Source of the DNA: a virus
Direction: 5' to 3' (one strand)
Length of the DNA stretch: 28,488 bases
UHGV virus genome: UHGV-0289470
In this document: piece by piece, positions 7,056 to 16,250 of the stretch
Position numbering within the stretch: the stretch's first letter is position 1
Layout of the letters: each line of letters opens with the position of its first letter
Notes under the pieces: generated by a model
Database searches by the model: none
Seen by the model: only the letters and a program-made list of their open reading frames with translations
What the model was told of the DNA's origin: nothing
Translations under genes and position numbers: made by a program

Positions 7056-7442
7056 GTATCTGCACAACAGATAATTGCATTGGGGTGACCGGTTAATCCC
7101 GTTACGCTAACCGAAACAGGCGCAGTGCAATTATCGTTGTGGTGAATGCGCAGGCTGATGCGCTAACTTATCAGCTAGATGGTGAGGTAAAGGCTCACCA
7201 TGGCGACGACGGGTAGTTCATTTACATGCCGGAAAACACAGCACCGGTCACCACACACCAAATACCTACCAGGACCATAAGAGCAAAAGCTCAACGCACT
7301 ACCCTCTATTGCCCACCGCGCCGTGGTCTTTTTTATTGCAGGCCGCAGATATCATTTTCAGATGCCATGTAGCAATCAGAGTCTGACGGCCTTTCCCCTA
7401 CAAACACACACAGCACCATCCGGAAAATCGGAGGTGAGGCCT

Positions 7443-7766
7443 ATGAAAATGCCATACAAACAAGATTTCATCGCTGCGCTACTTGCCGCCAAGGAGCAGG
7501 GTATTGGTGCAATGCTGGCTTTTATCATGGCGTATCTGCGTGGTCGCTATAACGGCGGCGCGGTAACAAAAACGCTAATTGATGCGCTGATGTGCGCGAT
7601 GATTGCCTGGTTCGTTCGTGACCTTCTGGACTTTATCGGCCTGAGCAGCAACCTCGCCTACATAGCCAGCGTCTTTATTGGATACATCGGCACCGATTCG
7701 ATCGGCAATCTTATTAAAAAACTTGCAGCAAAAAAGGCGGGAGTTGACGATGCAAACCAGTCCTGA
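7443..7766 (+). CDS. S: class I holin (lambda S type) with dual-start motif
   Basis: ORF track 7323..7766. The internal Met-Lys-Met at 7443 begins a product [39 protein letters not shown]... that matches lambda S closely. Three predicted transmembrane segments. Confidence 0.85.
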   Translation: MKMPYKQDFIAALLAAKEQGIGAMLAFIMAYLRGRYNGGAVTKTLIDALMCAMIAWFVRDLLDFIGLSSNLAYIASVFIGYIGTDSIGNLIKKLAAKKAGVDDANQS

Positions 7767-8199
7767 CGGAATTGCTCTGATAAAAAAATTTGAAGGTTGT
7801 CGGCTGACTGCTTACCCCGACCCCGGAACGGGAGATGCGCCGTGGACCATCGGCTATGGCTGGACCCATCCGGTTGACGGAAAGCCAGTAAAGCGCGGTA
7901 TGACTATCGACCAGCAAACCGCTGACAGGCTTCTGAAAACAGGGCTTGTTGGTTATGAGAATGACGTGCTGAAAGTTGTCAGGGTGAAGCTGACACAAGG
8001 CCAGTTCGACGCACTGGTGTCGTTCGCTTACAACGTTGGGTCGCGTGCTCTTTCCACATCTACACTGCTGAAAAAGCTGAATGCTGGCGATATAAAAGGC
8101 GCGGCAGATGAATTTCTGCGCTGGAATAAATCAGGCGGAAAGGTGATGCCGGGGCTCACGAATCGCCGCAAGGCAGAGCGAGCTCTGTTCCTGTCATGA
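7750..8199 (+). CDS. R: endolysin, GH24 lysozyme (P22 gp19-like)
   Basis: ORF track 7678..8199. ATG 7750 after GGCGGGAG, overlapping the holin 3' end. Lysozyme-like core (..[11 protein letters not shown]..) and C-terminus ..[11 protein letters not shown] as in P22 lysozyme. Confidence 0.8.
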   Translation: MQTSPDGIALIKKFEGCRLTAYPDPGTGDAPWTIGYGWTHPVDGKPVKRGMTIDQQTADRLLKTGLVGYENDVLKVVRVKLTQGQFDALVSFAYNVGSRALSTSTLLKKLNAGDIKGAADEFLRWNKSGGKVMPGLTNRRKAERALFLS

Positions 8200-8663
8200 T
8201 TAGCGCACTGGTTAAGCGTTACTGGCTGCAGTTGCTGGTGCTGGCGTTAATCGGCGCACTGGCTTTCTTCGTGAACCACTACCGCGACAACGCCATCACT
8301 TACAGAGACCAGCGCGATAAGGCCACTGAGAAACTCCTCCTGGCGACCGCCACCATTAAAGACATGCAGACCCGCCAGCGTGATGTCGCTGCACTGGATG
8401 CCAAATACACCGGAGAACTGGCTGATGCGAAAGAAACCATTGAGCGTCTGCATAGCGATGTCATTGCTGGCCGTAAGCGCCTGCAAGTCGCCGCCACCTG
8501 TGCAAAGTCAACGACCGGAGCCAGCGGCATGGGCGATGGAGAAAGCCCAAGACTTACAGCAGATGCTGAACTCAATTATTACCGTCTCCGAAGTGGAATC
8601 GACAGGATAACCGCGCAGGTTAACTACCTGCAGGAGTACATCAGGACTCAGTGCCTGAAATAA
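8196..8663 (+). CDS. Rz: Rz i-spanin
   Basis: N-terminal transmembrane segment, then a coiled-coil periplasmic domain; [11 protein letters not shown]...[19 protein letters not shown] matches lambda Rz. ATGA overlap with the lysozyme stop. Confidence 0.8.
   Translation: MISALVKRYWLQLLVLALIGALAFFVNHYRDNAITYRDQRDKATEKLLLATATIKDMQTRQRDVAALDAKYTGELADAKETIERLHSDVIAGRKRLQVAATCAKSTTGASGMGDGESPRLTADAELNYYRLRSGIDRITAQVNYLQEYIRTQCLK
8425..8610 (+). CDS. Rz1: Rz1 o-spanin lipoprotein embedded in the +1 frame of Rz
   Basis: ATG 8425 with GGAGAA RBS at 8412-8417. Signal peptide [20 protein letters not shown] with lipobox VSAC, proline-rich mature part [13 protein letters not shown]. Lies entirely inside Rz. 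Confidence 0.65.
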   Translation: MRKKPLSVCIAMSLLAVSACKSPPPVQSQRPEPAAWAMEKAQDLQQMLNSIITVSEVESTG

Positions 8664-8695
8664 TTTTTTTGCAAATCACAAAGTCCATTTAATGA

Positions 8696-8718
8696 GCCTC
8701 GCGATGCGGGGCTTTTTT
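8696..8718 (+). terminator. intrinsic terminator after the lysis cassette
   Basis: Stem GCCTCGC (8696-8702) / GCGGGGC (8706-8712), then TTTTTT (8713-8718). Confidence 0.5.
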
Positions 8719-8861
8719 ATGTCCGCAGTAAACGCGCATCTCACGCGCATATTAACGAGAGCCTTTCAGTAAGCGAGCCTGAGAAATGCCGTTATAGGTG
8801 GCGACCTCTCTCGGGCGGCTTTTCTGTGAGACAGGCTCACTTTCTAAAAGGTAAAGACGCA

Positions 8862-9404
8862 ATGAACTACCCAACCGTTGTTAACGATATAGATTTCAGA
8901 GACCTAATTTTTGTAGCAAACAACGATCCGGTTACAGATTCTTTTATGGTGGCAAAAGCATTTGGAAAGCTGCCGAAGAACGTAGTCCGTGACATTGAGC
9001 GAACCATAGAAGCTTGCCCTCCTGAGTTTGATACAAAGCTCAACTTTGAGCTTTGCTATAAAAACAATGAGTTACAGAATGGTAAGCCGCAAAAATTCTA
9101 CCGTCTCCGTAAGGATTGGTTGATGCTTTTGGTTATGTCCTACACCAAAAAAGAAGCAATGCGTATCAAAATTGCTTACATCAACGCATTTAACTGGATG
9201 TACGCCATGCTTCAGGTTGGTCATCGTCAATTTGAAGAAGAGAGAAATGCCGTAATGCTGGAGTACATGAAAGAGAAGGATGTTGCCAGCATGTCAGGTC
9301 GTCTGCTCAATCGCTGGGGAAAAATTAAGAAGCCTCAGCTACTGGCGAGAATTGAACGCCTTGAACAGCACGGGCAAACCGTAATCCCCGGACTCACCAG
9401 TTAA
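8862..9404 (+). CDS. Rha-family phage regulatory protein (antirepressor-like)
   Basis: ORF track 8826..9404; ATG 8862. The segment YRLRKDWLMLLVMSYTKKEAMRIKIAYINAFNWM fits the Rha domain core; N-terminal HTH-like region VTDSFMVAKAFGK. Confidence 0.55.
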   Translation: MNYPTVVNDIDFRDLIFVANNDPVTDSFMVAKAFGKLPKNVVRDIERTIEACPPEFDTKLNFELCYKNNELQNGKPQKFYRLRKDWLMLLVMSYTKKEAMRIKIAYINAFNWMYAMLQVGHRQFEEERNAVMLEYMKEKDVASMSGRLLNRWGKIKKPQLLARIERLEQHGQTVIPGLTS

Positions 9405-9690
9405 CGGCAGTACCACGAAGCAACCCAAGCCAGTAAGTGGGGAAATAACACTGGCAGCCACTGAAAGATGAACCTCCTGCCTTATGGCAAAAAAGATTCT
9501 TTGTGGTGGCGGACTGATGGAAAGACATCGGTTATTGCAGAGGCCATTCAATGAGTGGTCTCGACAATGGCTTATACCCTGCACGGGATAACTTAACTGA
9601 TATCCCTTTTAACGGATAAACGGAGCCAACAATGGCAGAGAATGTCGGCATTATGGCAGTGAAATTTGGATAAATCGGAGATTAGTACAT

Positions 9691-10041
9691 ATGCCGCCAC
9701 GAATCCCAAAAGCCTGCCGTGCTCGAGGTTGCCGTAATACCACGACAGACCCGTCAGGCTACTGCGAAAGCCACAAAAGCGAAGGCTGGAAGCAATACAA
9801 GCCAGGACAATCCCGTCATCAGCGCGGCTACGGTTCGAAGTGGGACGTTATCCGTGCGCGTGTGCTGAAACGTGACAAAGGCCTGTGTCAGTTATGTCTG
9901 CGTGCCGGGATGGTGCGTGAAGCTAAAACCGTTGACCACATCATCCCTAAAGCGCATGGCGGCACCGATGCAGACAGTAATCTGCAGAGCCTGTGCTGGC
10001 CGTGCCATAAGGCGAAGACGGCCCGTGAACGGTTGAAGTGA
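9691..10041 (+). CDS. HNH endonuclease associated with the terminase (HK97 gp74-like)
   Basis: Cys-rich N-terminus, HNH core ..VDHIIPKAHGG..N.QSLCWPCH..; immediately upstream of TerS. Confidence 0.8.
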   Translation: MPPRIPKACRARGCRNTTTDPSGYCESHKSEGWKQYKPGQSRHQRGYGSKWDVIRARVLKRDKGLCQLCLRAGMVREAKTVDHIIPKAHGGTDADSNLQSLCWPCHKAKTARERLK

Positions 10042-10067
10042 TAATAATTCTCAACTGCCTGAGGGGA

Positions 10068-10127
10068 GGGGCGGGTCAAATCCCTGCGGCCTGACGTCTT
10101 CCGGACTGCCCGCCCCATCGTTTTTTT
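10068..10127 (+). other. GC-rich imperfect palindrome plus T7 tract between HNH and terminase genes; terminator and/or cos-associated site
   Basis: GGGGCGGG (10068-10075) pairs with CCCGCCCC (10109-10116) around an internal GACGTC-centred sub-palindrome, followed by TTTTTTT (10121-10127). Confidence 0.4.
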
Positions 10128-10166
10128 ATACCCGCGAAAAATGAAATTTAACCAGGAGTGCCGCAT

Positions 10167-10661
10167 ATGGCTGGAACGGCGGGGCGTTCCGGGCGTCGCC
10201 CCAAGCCAACGGCGCGCAAGGCGCTGGCCGGAAACCCCGGCAAGCGAGCCCTGAACAAAGATGAACCTGTTTTTACGCCCATCAAAGGTGTTGAGCCACC
10301 AGAGTGGTTCGCTGAAGAAGATCTCCCTCTCGCCACGATCATGTGGCAACTGACAACCAAAGAACTCTGCGGTCAGGGCCTGTTGTGCGTGACTGACCTC
10401 GCGGTGCTTGAGCGGTGGTGCGTGGCCTATGAGTTCTGGCGACGTGCCGTGAAAAATATTGCCATACAGGGCAACACCATCACCGGTGCAATGGGCGGCA
10501 GGGTCAAAAATCCGGAGCTGACCGCCAAAAAAGAACAGGAGTCCGAGATGAGCAGCACGGGGGCAATGCTCGGACTCGACCCCAGCAGCCGCCAGCGTCT
10601 GATTGGCCTGGCGGGGCAGAAGAAAGCCACTAACCCGTTTCTGAAAATCATCGAGTCATGA
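10167..10661 (+). CDS. terminase small subunit (P27 family)
   Basis: ORF track 10158..10661; ATG 10167 after AGGAG (10154-10158). N-terminus [30 protein letters not shown] is typical of P27-family TerS. Confidence 0.75.
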   Translation: MAGTAGRSGRRPKPTARKALAGNPGKRALNKDEPVFTPIKGVEPPEWFAEEDLPLATIMWQLTTKELCGQGLLCVTDLAVLERWCVAYEFWRRAVKNIAIQGNTITGAMGGRVKNPELTAKKEQESEMSSTGAMLGLDPSSRQRLIGLAGQKKATNPFLKIIES

Positions 10662-12391
10662 GCCGGAAATCTTACCCCAACGTAAATGCTGCCAATCAGT
10701 ATGCCCGTGATGTTGTGCGCGGAAAGATTGTGGCCTGCCAGTTTGTGATTCAGGCCTGCCAGCGCCATCTTGATGACCTGATGGCGGAAAAAAGTAAGTC
10801 GTTTCGTTACCGCTTCGACAAGGACCTGGCTGAACGGGCCGCCAAATTTATTCAGCTGTTGCCGCACACCAAGGGTGAGTGGGCATTTAAACGGATGCCC
10901 ATCACGCTGGAGCCGTGGCAGCTATTTGTGATCTGCTGTGCGTTTGGCTGGGTCAATAAAGGGTCCCGGCTGCGCCGCTTCCGGGAGGTGTATACCGAAA
11001 TCCCCCGTAAGAACGGCAAATCGGCAATCTCTGCCGGTGTTGCCCTGTATTGTTTTGCCTGTGATAACGAGTTTGGCGCGGAAGTGTATTCCGGTGCCAC
11101 GACAGAGAAACAGGCGTGGGAAGTCTTTCGCCCGGCGCGACTGATGTGTAAACGCACACCCATGCTGACGGAAGCGTTCGGGATTGAGGTTAACGCCTCA
11201 AACATGAATCGTCCGGAGGATGGCGCGCGGTTTGAACCGCTGATCGGTAACCCCGGTGATGGTTCATCACCCCACTGTGCGGTGGTGGATGAATATCACG
11301 AGCACGCCACCGATGCGCTTTACACCACGATGCTTACCGGGATGGGGGCGCGACGTCAGCCACTGATGTGGGCCATTACTACTGCCGGGTACAACATTGA
11401 GGGGCCGTGCTACGACAAGCGGCGGGAAGTCATCGAGATGCTCAACGGCTCGGTGCCCAACGATGAACTGTTCGGGATCATCTATACCGTTGATGAAGGT
11501 GACGACTGGACCGACCCGCAGGTGCTGGAAAAAGCCAATCCAAATATTGGCGTGTCGGTTTATCGCGAATTTTTGTTAAGTCAGCAGCAGCGTGCGAAAA
11601 ATAACGCCCGTCTGGCAAACGTCTTTAAAACAAAACACCTCAATATCTGGGTGTCGGCGCGTTCGGCGTATTTCAACCTGGTGAGCTGGCAGAGCTGCGA
11701 GGATAAATCACTGACCCTTGAGCAGTTCGAGGGGCAGCCGTGCATTCTGGCCTTTGACCTGGCGCGTAAGCTGGATATGAACAGCATGCCGCGACTTTAT
11801 ACCCGCGAGATTGACGGTAAAACGCATTACTACAGTGTGGCCCCGCGTTTCTGGGTACCGTATGACACGGTGTACAGCGTCGAGAAAAATGAAGATCGAC
11901 GGACAGCCGAACGCTTTCAGAAATGGGTGGAAATGGGCGTCCTGACCGTTACCGATGGTGCAGAGGTGGATTATCGCTACATCCTCGAAGAGGCCAAAGC
12001 GGCGAACAAAATCAGCCCGGTCAGCGAGTCACCCATCGACCCCTTCGGGGCGACCGGGCTCTCACATGACCTTGCTGATGAAGGCCTGAACCCCGTCACC
12101 ATCATTCAGAACTACACCAACATGTCCGACCCGATGAAAGAGCTGGAAGCGGCAATTGAATCGGGGCGCTTTCATCATGATGGCAATCCCATCATGACCT
12201 GGTGTATCGGCAACGTGGTCGGCAAAACCATTCCGGGTAACGATGATGTGGTGAAGCCCGTCAAAGAGCAGGCGGAAAACAAAATCGATGGTGCAGTTGC
12301 GCTGATTATGGCGGTTGGCAGAGCCATGCTGTACGAGAAAGAAGACACGCTGTCTGACCACATTGAATCCTATGGGATCCGCTCGCTTTAA
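10658..12391 (+). CDS. terminase large subunit
   Basis: 577 aa, HK97-type large-terminase architecture (N-terminal ATPase, C-terminal nuclease); start overlaps the TerS stop. Confidence 0.85.
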   Translation: MSRKSYPNVNAANQYARDVVRGKIVACQFVIQACQRHLDDLMAEKSKSFRYRFDKDLAERAAKFIQLLPHTKGEWAFKRMPITLEPWQLFVICCAFGWVNKGSRLRRFREVYTEIPRKNGKSAISAGVALYCFACDNEFGAEVYSGATTEKQAWEVFRPARLMCKRTPMLTEAFGIEVNASNMNRPEDGARFEPLIGNPGDGSSPHCAVVDEYHEHATDALYTTMLTGMGARRQPLMWAITTAGYNIEGPCYDKRREVIEMLNGSVPNDELFGIIYTVDEGDDWTDPQVLEKANPNIGVSVYREFLLSQQQRAKNNARLANVFKTKHLNIWVSARSAYFNLVSWQSCEDKSLTLEQFEGQPCILAFDLARKLDMNSMPRLYTREIDGKTHYYSVAPRFWVPYDTVYSVEKNEDRRTAERFQKWVEMGVLTVTDGAEVDYRYILEEAKAANKISPVSESPIDPFGATGLSHDLADEGLNPVTIIQNYTNMSDPMKELEAAIESGRFHHDGNPIMTWCIGNVVGKTIPGNDDVVKPVKEQAENKIDGAVALIMAVGRAMLYEKEDTLSDHIESYGIRSL

Positions 12392-12402
12392 CTGAGGTAA
12401 TT

Positions 12403-12585
12403 ATGATCATGCTGATTCTCGCGCCTCTGGTGGGCGTGCTGGGTGCGCTTTTGCTGGTGTATGGTGCCTGGCTGATTTATCCCCCGGCGGGGTTTGTTGT
12501 TGCCGGGGCGCTGTGCCTGTTCTGGTCGTGGCTGGTGGCGCGATATCTCGACCGTACACAGCCGTCTGTCGGCGGAGGTAAATAG
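12403..12585 (+). CDS. small hydrophobic (two-TM) membrane protein
   Basis: 60 aa, almost entirely hydrophobic ([26 protein letters not shown]...); GAGGT RBS. Confidence 0.4.
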   Translation: MIMLILAPLVGVLGALLLVYGAWLIYPPAGFVVAGALCLFWSWLVARYLDRTQPSVGGGK

Positions 12586-13826
12586 TGTTCTTTTCGGGAT
12601 TATTTCAACGAAAAAGTGACGCACCGGTGACCACGCCAGCAGAGCTGGCGGATGCTATCGGGCTGTCATATGACACCTATACCGGAAAGCAGATCAGCAG
12701 CCAGCGGGCCATGCGACTGACGGCGGTTTTTTCCTGCGTCAGGGTGCTGGCTGAGTCGGTCGGGATGTTGCCCTGCAACCTGTATCACCTGAACGGCAGC
12801 CTGAAACAGAGAGCCACCGGCGAACGTCTGCATAAACTGATCTCCACGCATCCCAATGGCTATATGACGCCGCAGGAGTTCTGGGAGCTGGTGGTCACCT
12901 GTCTGTGCCTGCGGGGAAACTTTTACGCCTACAAAGTGAAAGCATTTGGCGAAGTGGCTGAACTGCTGCCCGTCGATCCCGGCTGTGTGGTACCGAAGCT
13001 TAACAGTAGCTGGGAGCCGATCTATCAGGTCACATTCCCGGATGGCTCCACGGATGTACTGAGCCAGGAGGATATCTGGCATGTGCGCACGCTGACGCTG
13101 GATGGACTGGTGGGGCTGAATCCCATAGCCTATGCCCGCGAGGCAATATCGCTGGCGGCAGCGACCGAAGAGCACGGGGCCAGACTGTTCAGCAATGGCG
13201 CGGTGACGTCGGGTGTGTTGCGTACAGAGCAGACGCTGTCAGATCAGGCTTATGAGCGCCTGAAGAAAGATTTTGAGGAGCGTCACACCGGGCTTGGCAA
13301 TGCTCACCGCCCGATGATCCTTGAGATGGGGCTGGACTGGAAGTCGATGGCGCTGAACGCCGAGGACAGCCAGTTCCTGGAAACCCGCAAGTTTCAGCTT
13401 GAAGAAATCTGTCGTCTGTTCCGGGTGCCGTTGCACATGGTGCAGAACACCGATCGAGCCACCTTCAACAATATCGAAGAGCTGGGGCTGGGATTTATCA
13501 ACTATTCACTGGTGCCGTATCTGACCCGCATCGAACAGCGGATCAACACCGGACTGGTACGAAAAAGTAAGCAGGGCGTTTATTACGCCAAATTTAACGC
13601 CGGGGCGTTACTGCGCGGGGATATGAAGTCCCGTTTTGAAGCCTACGCCACCGGGATCAACTGGGGAATTTACTCTCCCAATGACTGCCGCGACCTGGAA
13701 GATATGAATCCGCGTCCCGGTGGTGATGTCTATCTCACACCGATGAACATGACCACGAAACCCTCCGATGGCAGTAAAGCCGGTAAGCAGAAGGATAACG
13801 CCAATGCAGACGAAACAACGTCTTGA
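12585..13826 (+). CDS. portal protein (HK97 family)
   Basis: 413 aa; GTG start with GGAGG 6 nt upstream; position and size right for an HK97-type portal. Confidence 0.8.
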   Translation: MFFSGLFQRKSDAPVTTPAELADAIGLSYDTYTGKQISSQRAMRLTAVFSCVRVLAESVGMLPCNLYHLNGSLKQRATGERLHKLISTHPNGYMTPQEFWELVVTCLCLRGNFYAYKVKAFGEVAELLPVDPGCVVPKLNSSWEPIYQVTFPDGSTDVLSQEDIWHVRTLTLDGLVGLNPIAYAREAISLAAATEEHGARLFSNGAVTSGVLRTEQTLSDQAYERLKKDFEERHTGLGNAHRPMILEMGLDWKSMALNAEDSQFLETRKFQLEEICRLFRVPLHMVQNTDRATFNNIEELGLGFINYSLVPYLTRIEQRINTGLVRKSKQGVYYAKFNAGALLRGDMKSRFEAYATGINWGIYSPNDCRDLEDMNPRPGGDVYLTPMNMTTKPSDGSKAGKQKDNANADETTS

Positions 13827-14454
13827 TGTACCGCTGAGTCTGAAATCTGTCAGTGACTCCGGTGAGTTTGAAGGGTATGGCTCCGTCTTTGGTGTAAAGG
13901 ACAGCCACGATGATGTGGTGATGTCCGGGGCATTTGCTGCTTCCCTGCGGGCGTGGAGTGACAGAAAAGCGTTACCTGCGCTGCTCTGGCAGCACCGCAT
14001 GGATGAACCCATCGGTGTTTACACCGAAATGAAGGAAGACGATGTCGGGCTTTACGTCAGGGGACGGTTGCTTATTGATGATGATCCCCTCGCAAAACGC
14101 GCACATGCACACATGAAGGCCGGTTCGTTAACCGGCCTTTCTATTGGGTACGTCCTGAAAGACTGGGAATACGACCGGAGCAAAGAAGCCTTTCTGCTGA
14201 AAGAAATCGACCTCTGGGAAGTCAGCCTGGTGACGTTCCCGTCTAACGACGAGGCGCGGATCAGCGACGTCAAGAACGCACTGGCCCGCGGGGAAATCCC
14301 CGAACAGAAAAAAATCGAAAGAGTCCTGCGTGATGTCGGACTCTCCCGTACCCAGGCCAAAGCATTCATGGCCGGGGGCTATGGCGCACTGTCCCTGCGC
14401 GACGCTGAGGATGTGGGCTCTGCACTGAATGCACTGAAAAATCTGAACTTCTAA
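13804..14454 (+). CDS. prohead maturation protease (HK97 family, S78)
   Basis: ORF track 13768..14454; ATG 13804. Motifs ..GYGSVFGVKDSHDDVV..GAF.. typical of prohead proteases; overlaps the portal 3' end. Confidence 0.8.
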   Translation: MQTKQRLDVPLSLKSVSDSGEFEGYGSVFGVKDSHDDVVMSGAFAASLRAWSDRKALPALLWQHRMDEPIGVYTEMKEDDVGLYVRGRLLIDDDPLAKRAHAHMKAGSLTGLSIGYVLKDWEYDRSKEAFLLKEIDLWEVSLVTFPSNDEARISDVKNALARGEIPEQKKIERVLRDVGLSRTQAKAFMAGGYGALSLRDAEDVGSALNALKNLNF

Positions 14455-14468
14455 TCAGGATAAATACG

Positions 14469-15674
14469 ATGGCGGTTGATATTAAAGATGTCGAACAGGT
14501 CGCGCAGGAGCTGCAGCAGAAGTTTGACGACTTCAAAGCAAAGAACGACAAGCGCGTGGATGCGATTGAGCAGGAAAAATGCAAGCTTGCCGGGCAGGTG
14601 GAAACCCTGAACGGGAAACTCAGCGAGCTGGAAAACCTCAAAAGCGATCTTGAAAAAGAGCTGCTTGAGCTGAAACGTCCGGCAGGTGGTGCGCAAAATA
14701 AACTGGCCACCGAGCATAAAGAGGCGTTTGTGGGCTTCCTGCGTAAAGGCCGTGAAGACGGTCTGCGCGATCTGGAGCGTAAGGCATTGCAGGTGGGTAC
14801 CGATGAAGACGGTGGCTACGCCGTGCCGGAAGAATTGGATCGCAACATTCTTAACCTGCTGAAAGATGAAGTGGTGATGCGTCAGGAAGCCACGGTGATC
14901 ACCGTTGGCGGTTCCGACTACAAAAAACTGGTGAATCTGGGCGGCACGGCTTCCGGATGGGTGGGGGAAACGGATACGCGATCCCAGACTGCCACCTCCA
15001 GACTGGAGCTGATTGAACCTCTCATGGGGGAAATCTACGGCAACCCGCAGGCCACCCAGAAAATGCTGGACGATGTCTTCTTCAACGTGGAGGCCTGGAT
15101 CAACAGCGAGCTGGCAACCGAATTTGCCGAACAGGAAGAAATTGCCTTTACCTCAGGCGATGGCACCAAGAAGCCGAAAGGGTTCCTGGCGTATGAATCC
15201 ACTGATGAAACCGATAAGGTCCGGGCGTTCGGCAAACTTCAGCATATTGTATCCGGCGAAGCGACTGCGGTGACCGCAGACGCCATTATCAAACTGATTT
15301 ACACGCTGCGTAAGGCACACCGCACTGGCGCGAAGTTCATGATGAACAACAACAGCCTGTTTGCCATCCGTCTGCTGAAAGACAGCGAGGGTAATTATCT
15401 GTGGCGTCCGGGGCTGGAGCTGGGGCAGCCGTCCTCTCTGGCGGGTTACGGTATCGCTGAAAACGAACAGATGCCGGATATCGCCGCTGATGCGAAAGCC
15501 ATTGCATTTGGTAACTTCAAACGGGGTTACACCATCGTTGACCGTATCGGCACCCGCATTCTGCGTGACCCGTACACCAATAAACCGTTTGTCGGTTTTT
15601 ATACCACCAAGCGCACCGGCGGGATGCTGGTCGATTCGCAGGCCATCAAACTGCTGAAGATTGCAGCGGCGTAA
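14469..15674 (+). CDS. major capsid protein (HK97 fold) with N-terminal coiled-coil delta/scaffold domain
   Basis: 401 aa; the first ~100 aa are coiled-coil-rich (QELQQKFDDFKAKNDKR...LEKELLELKR), followed by a capsid core. Confidence 0.85.
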   Translation: MAVDIKDVEQVAQELQQKFDDFKAKNDKRVDAIEQEKCKLAGQVETLNGKLSELENLKSDLEKELLELKRPAGGAQNKLATEHKEAFVGFLRKGREDGLRDLERKALQVGTDEDGGYAVPEELDRNILNLLKDEVVMRQEATVITVGGSDYKKLVNLGGTASGWVGETDTRSQTATSRLELIEPLMGEIYGNPQATQKMLDDVFFNVEAWINSELATEFAEQEEIAFTSGDGTKKPKGFLAYESTDETDKVRAFGKLQHIVSGEATAVTADAIIKLIYTLRKAHRTGAKFMMNNNSLFAIRLLKDSEGNYLWRPGLELGQPSSLAGYGIAENEQMPDIAADAKAIAFGNFKRGYTIVDRIGTRILRDPYTNKPFVGFYTTKRTGGMLVDSQAIKLLKIAAA

Positions 15675-15681
15675 TCACTCA

Positions 15682-15702
15682 GGGGCGTGGAACCGCGCCC
15701 CC
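15682..15702 (+). other. GC-rich stem-loop just after the capsid gene (no U-tract)
   Basis: GGGGCG (15682-15687) / CGCCCC (15696-15701). Confidence 0.4.
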
Positions 15703-15723
15703 TGTTCTGACGGGTGAAGAATC

Positions 15724-15924
15724 ATGATCCTGAAACAAGATCTGAAATGGTCACCGGACGGTATGCGTGTTGAGGTCATTCGGGCCGGTGAGTATGACGA
15801 CGGGGCGCTTCCTGCCCGGGTGCAGGAGATTGCACTTCAGGCCGGGTTAGCAGAGCGCGGAACCAGTGCAAAAAGCAGTAAAGCGACAAAAGAGAAAAAA
15901 GCCACGACCAGTAAAGAGGGCTGA
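15724..15924 (+). CDS. hypothetical small protein with Lys/Ser/Thr-rich tail
   Basis: ORF track; 66 aa; sits between capsid and connector genes. Confidence 0.35.
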   Translation: MILKQDLKWSPDGMRVEVIRAGEYDDGALPARVQEIALQAGLAERGTSAKSSKATKEKKATTSKEG

Positions 15925-15926
15925 GT

Positions 15927-16250
15927 ATGCTTCTGACAATGGAAGAGATTAAAGCCCAACTCCGGCTGGATGAGGATTTCGATGCTGATGACCGCCATCT
16001 GCAACTGCTGGCCTGTGCGGCGCAAAAGCGGACGGAAACGTATCTGAACCGGAAGCTCTATGCTCCGGATGAAACCATTCCGGACAGCGATCCGGACGGG
16101 CTGCACCTGCCGGATGATATTCGTCTGGGGATGCTGATGCTTATCAGCCATTTTTACGAAAACCGCTCGTCGGTTACGGAAGTGGAGAAACTCGACATGC
16201 CGCAGAGTTTTGGCTGGCTTGTCGGCCCGTACAGGTACTTTCCGCAATGA
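15927..16250 (+). CDS. head-tail connector protein (gp6-like)
   Basis: 107 aa; N-terminus MLLTMEEIKAQLRLDEDFDADD.. is typical of the gp6-like connector family. Confidence 0.65.
   Translation: MLLTMEEIKAQLRLDEDFDADDRHLQLLACAAQKRTETYLNRKLYAPDETIPDSDPDGLHLPDDIRLGMLMLISHFYENRSSVTEVEKLDMPQSFGWLVGPYRYFPQ

Noticed and set aside
7200-7286. 28-codon ORF (MATTGSSFTCRKTQHRSPHTKYLPGP) in the Q-S gap
   Set aside because: No RBS; the start codon lies immediately 3' of a strong hairpin; low-complexity product.
7056-7442. tRNA gene(s) between Q and S, as in Stx-type lambdoid phages
   Set aside because: I could not find a T-arm consensus (GTTCRANYC) or cloverleaf-compatible segments by eye. Not excluded without a tRNAscan-type run, but not supportable.
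7323-7442. Upstream extension of the holin ORF to ATG 7323
   Set aside because: The conserved holin sequence and dual-start motif begin at 7443 with a GGAGG RBS just upstream; the extension has no homology or RBS and starts inside a hairpin/T-tract.
9339-9584. Minus-strand 81-aa ORF overlapping the 3' end of the Rha gene and the downstream gap
   Set aside because: No RBS, Cys/Arg-rich low-complexity product; it partly overlaps a supported + strand gene. The noncoding tract is flagged in findings instead.
10427-11205. Minus-strand ORFs 10427..10867 and 10852..11205 opposite the terminase genes
   Set aside because: Antisense to strongly supported TerS and TerL coding sequence; no independent support.
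12666-13175. Minus-strand 169-aa ORF inside the portal gene
   Set aside because: Antisense artefact within a conserved portal ORF.
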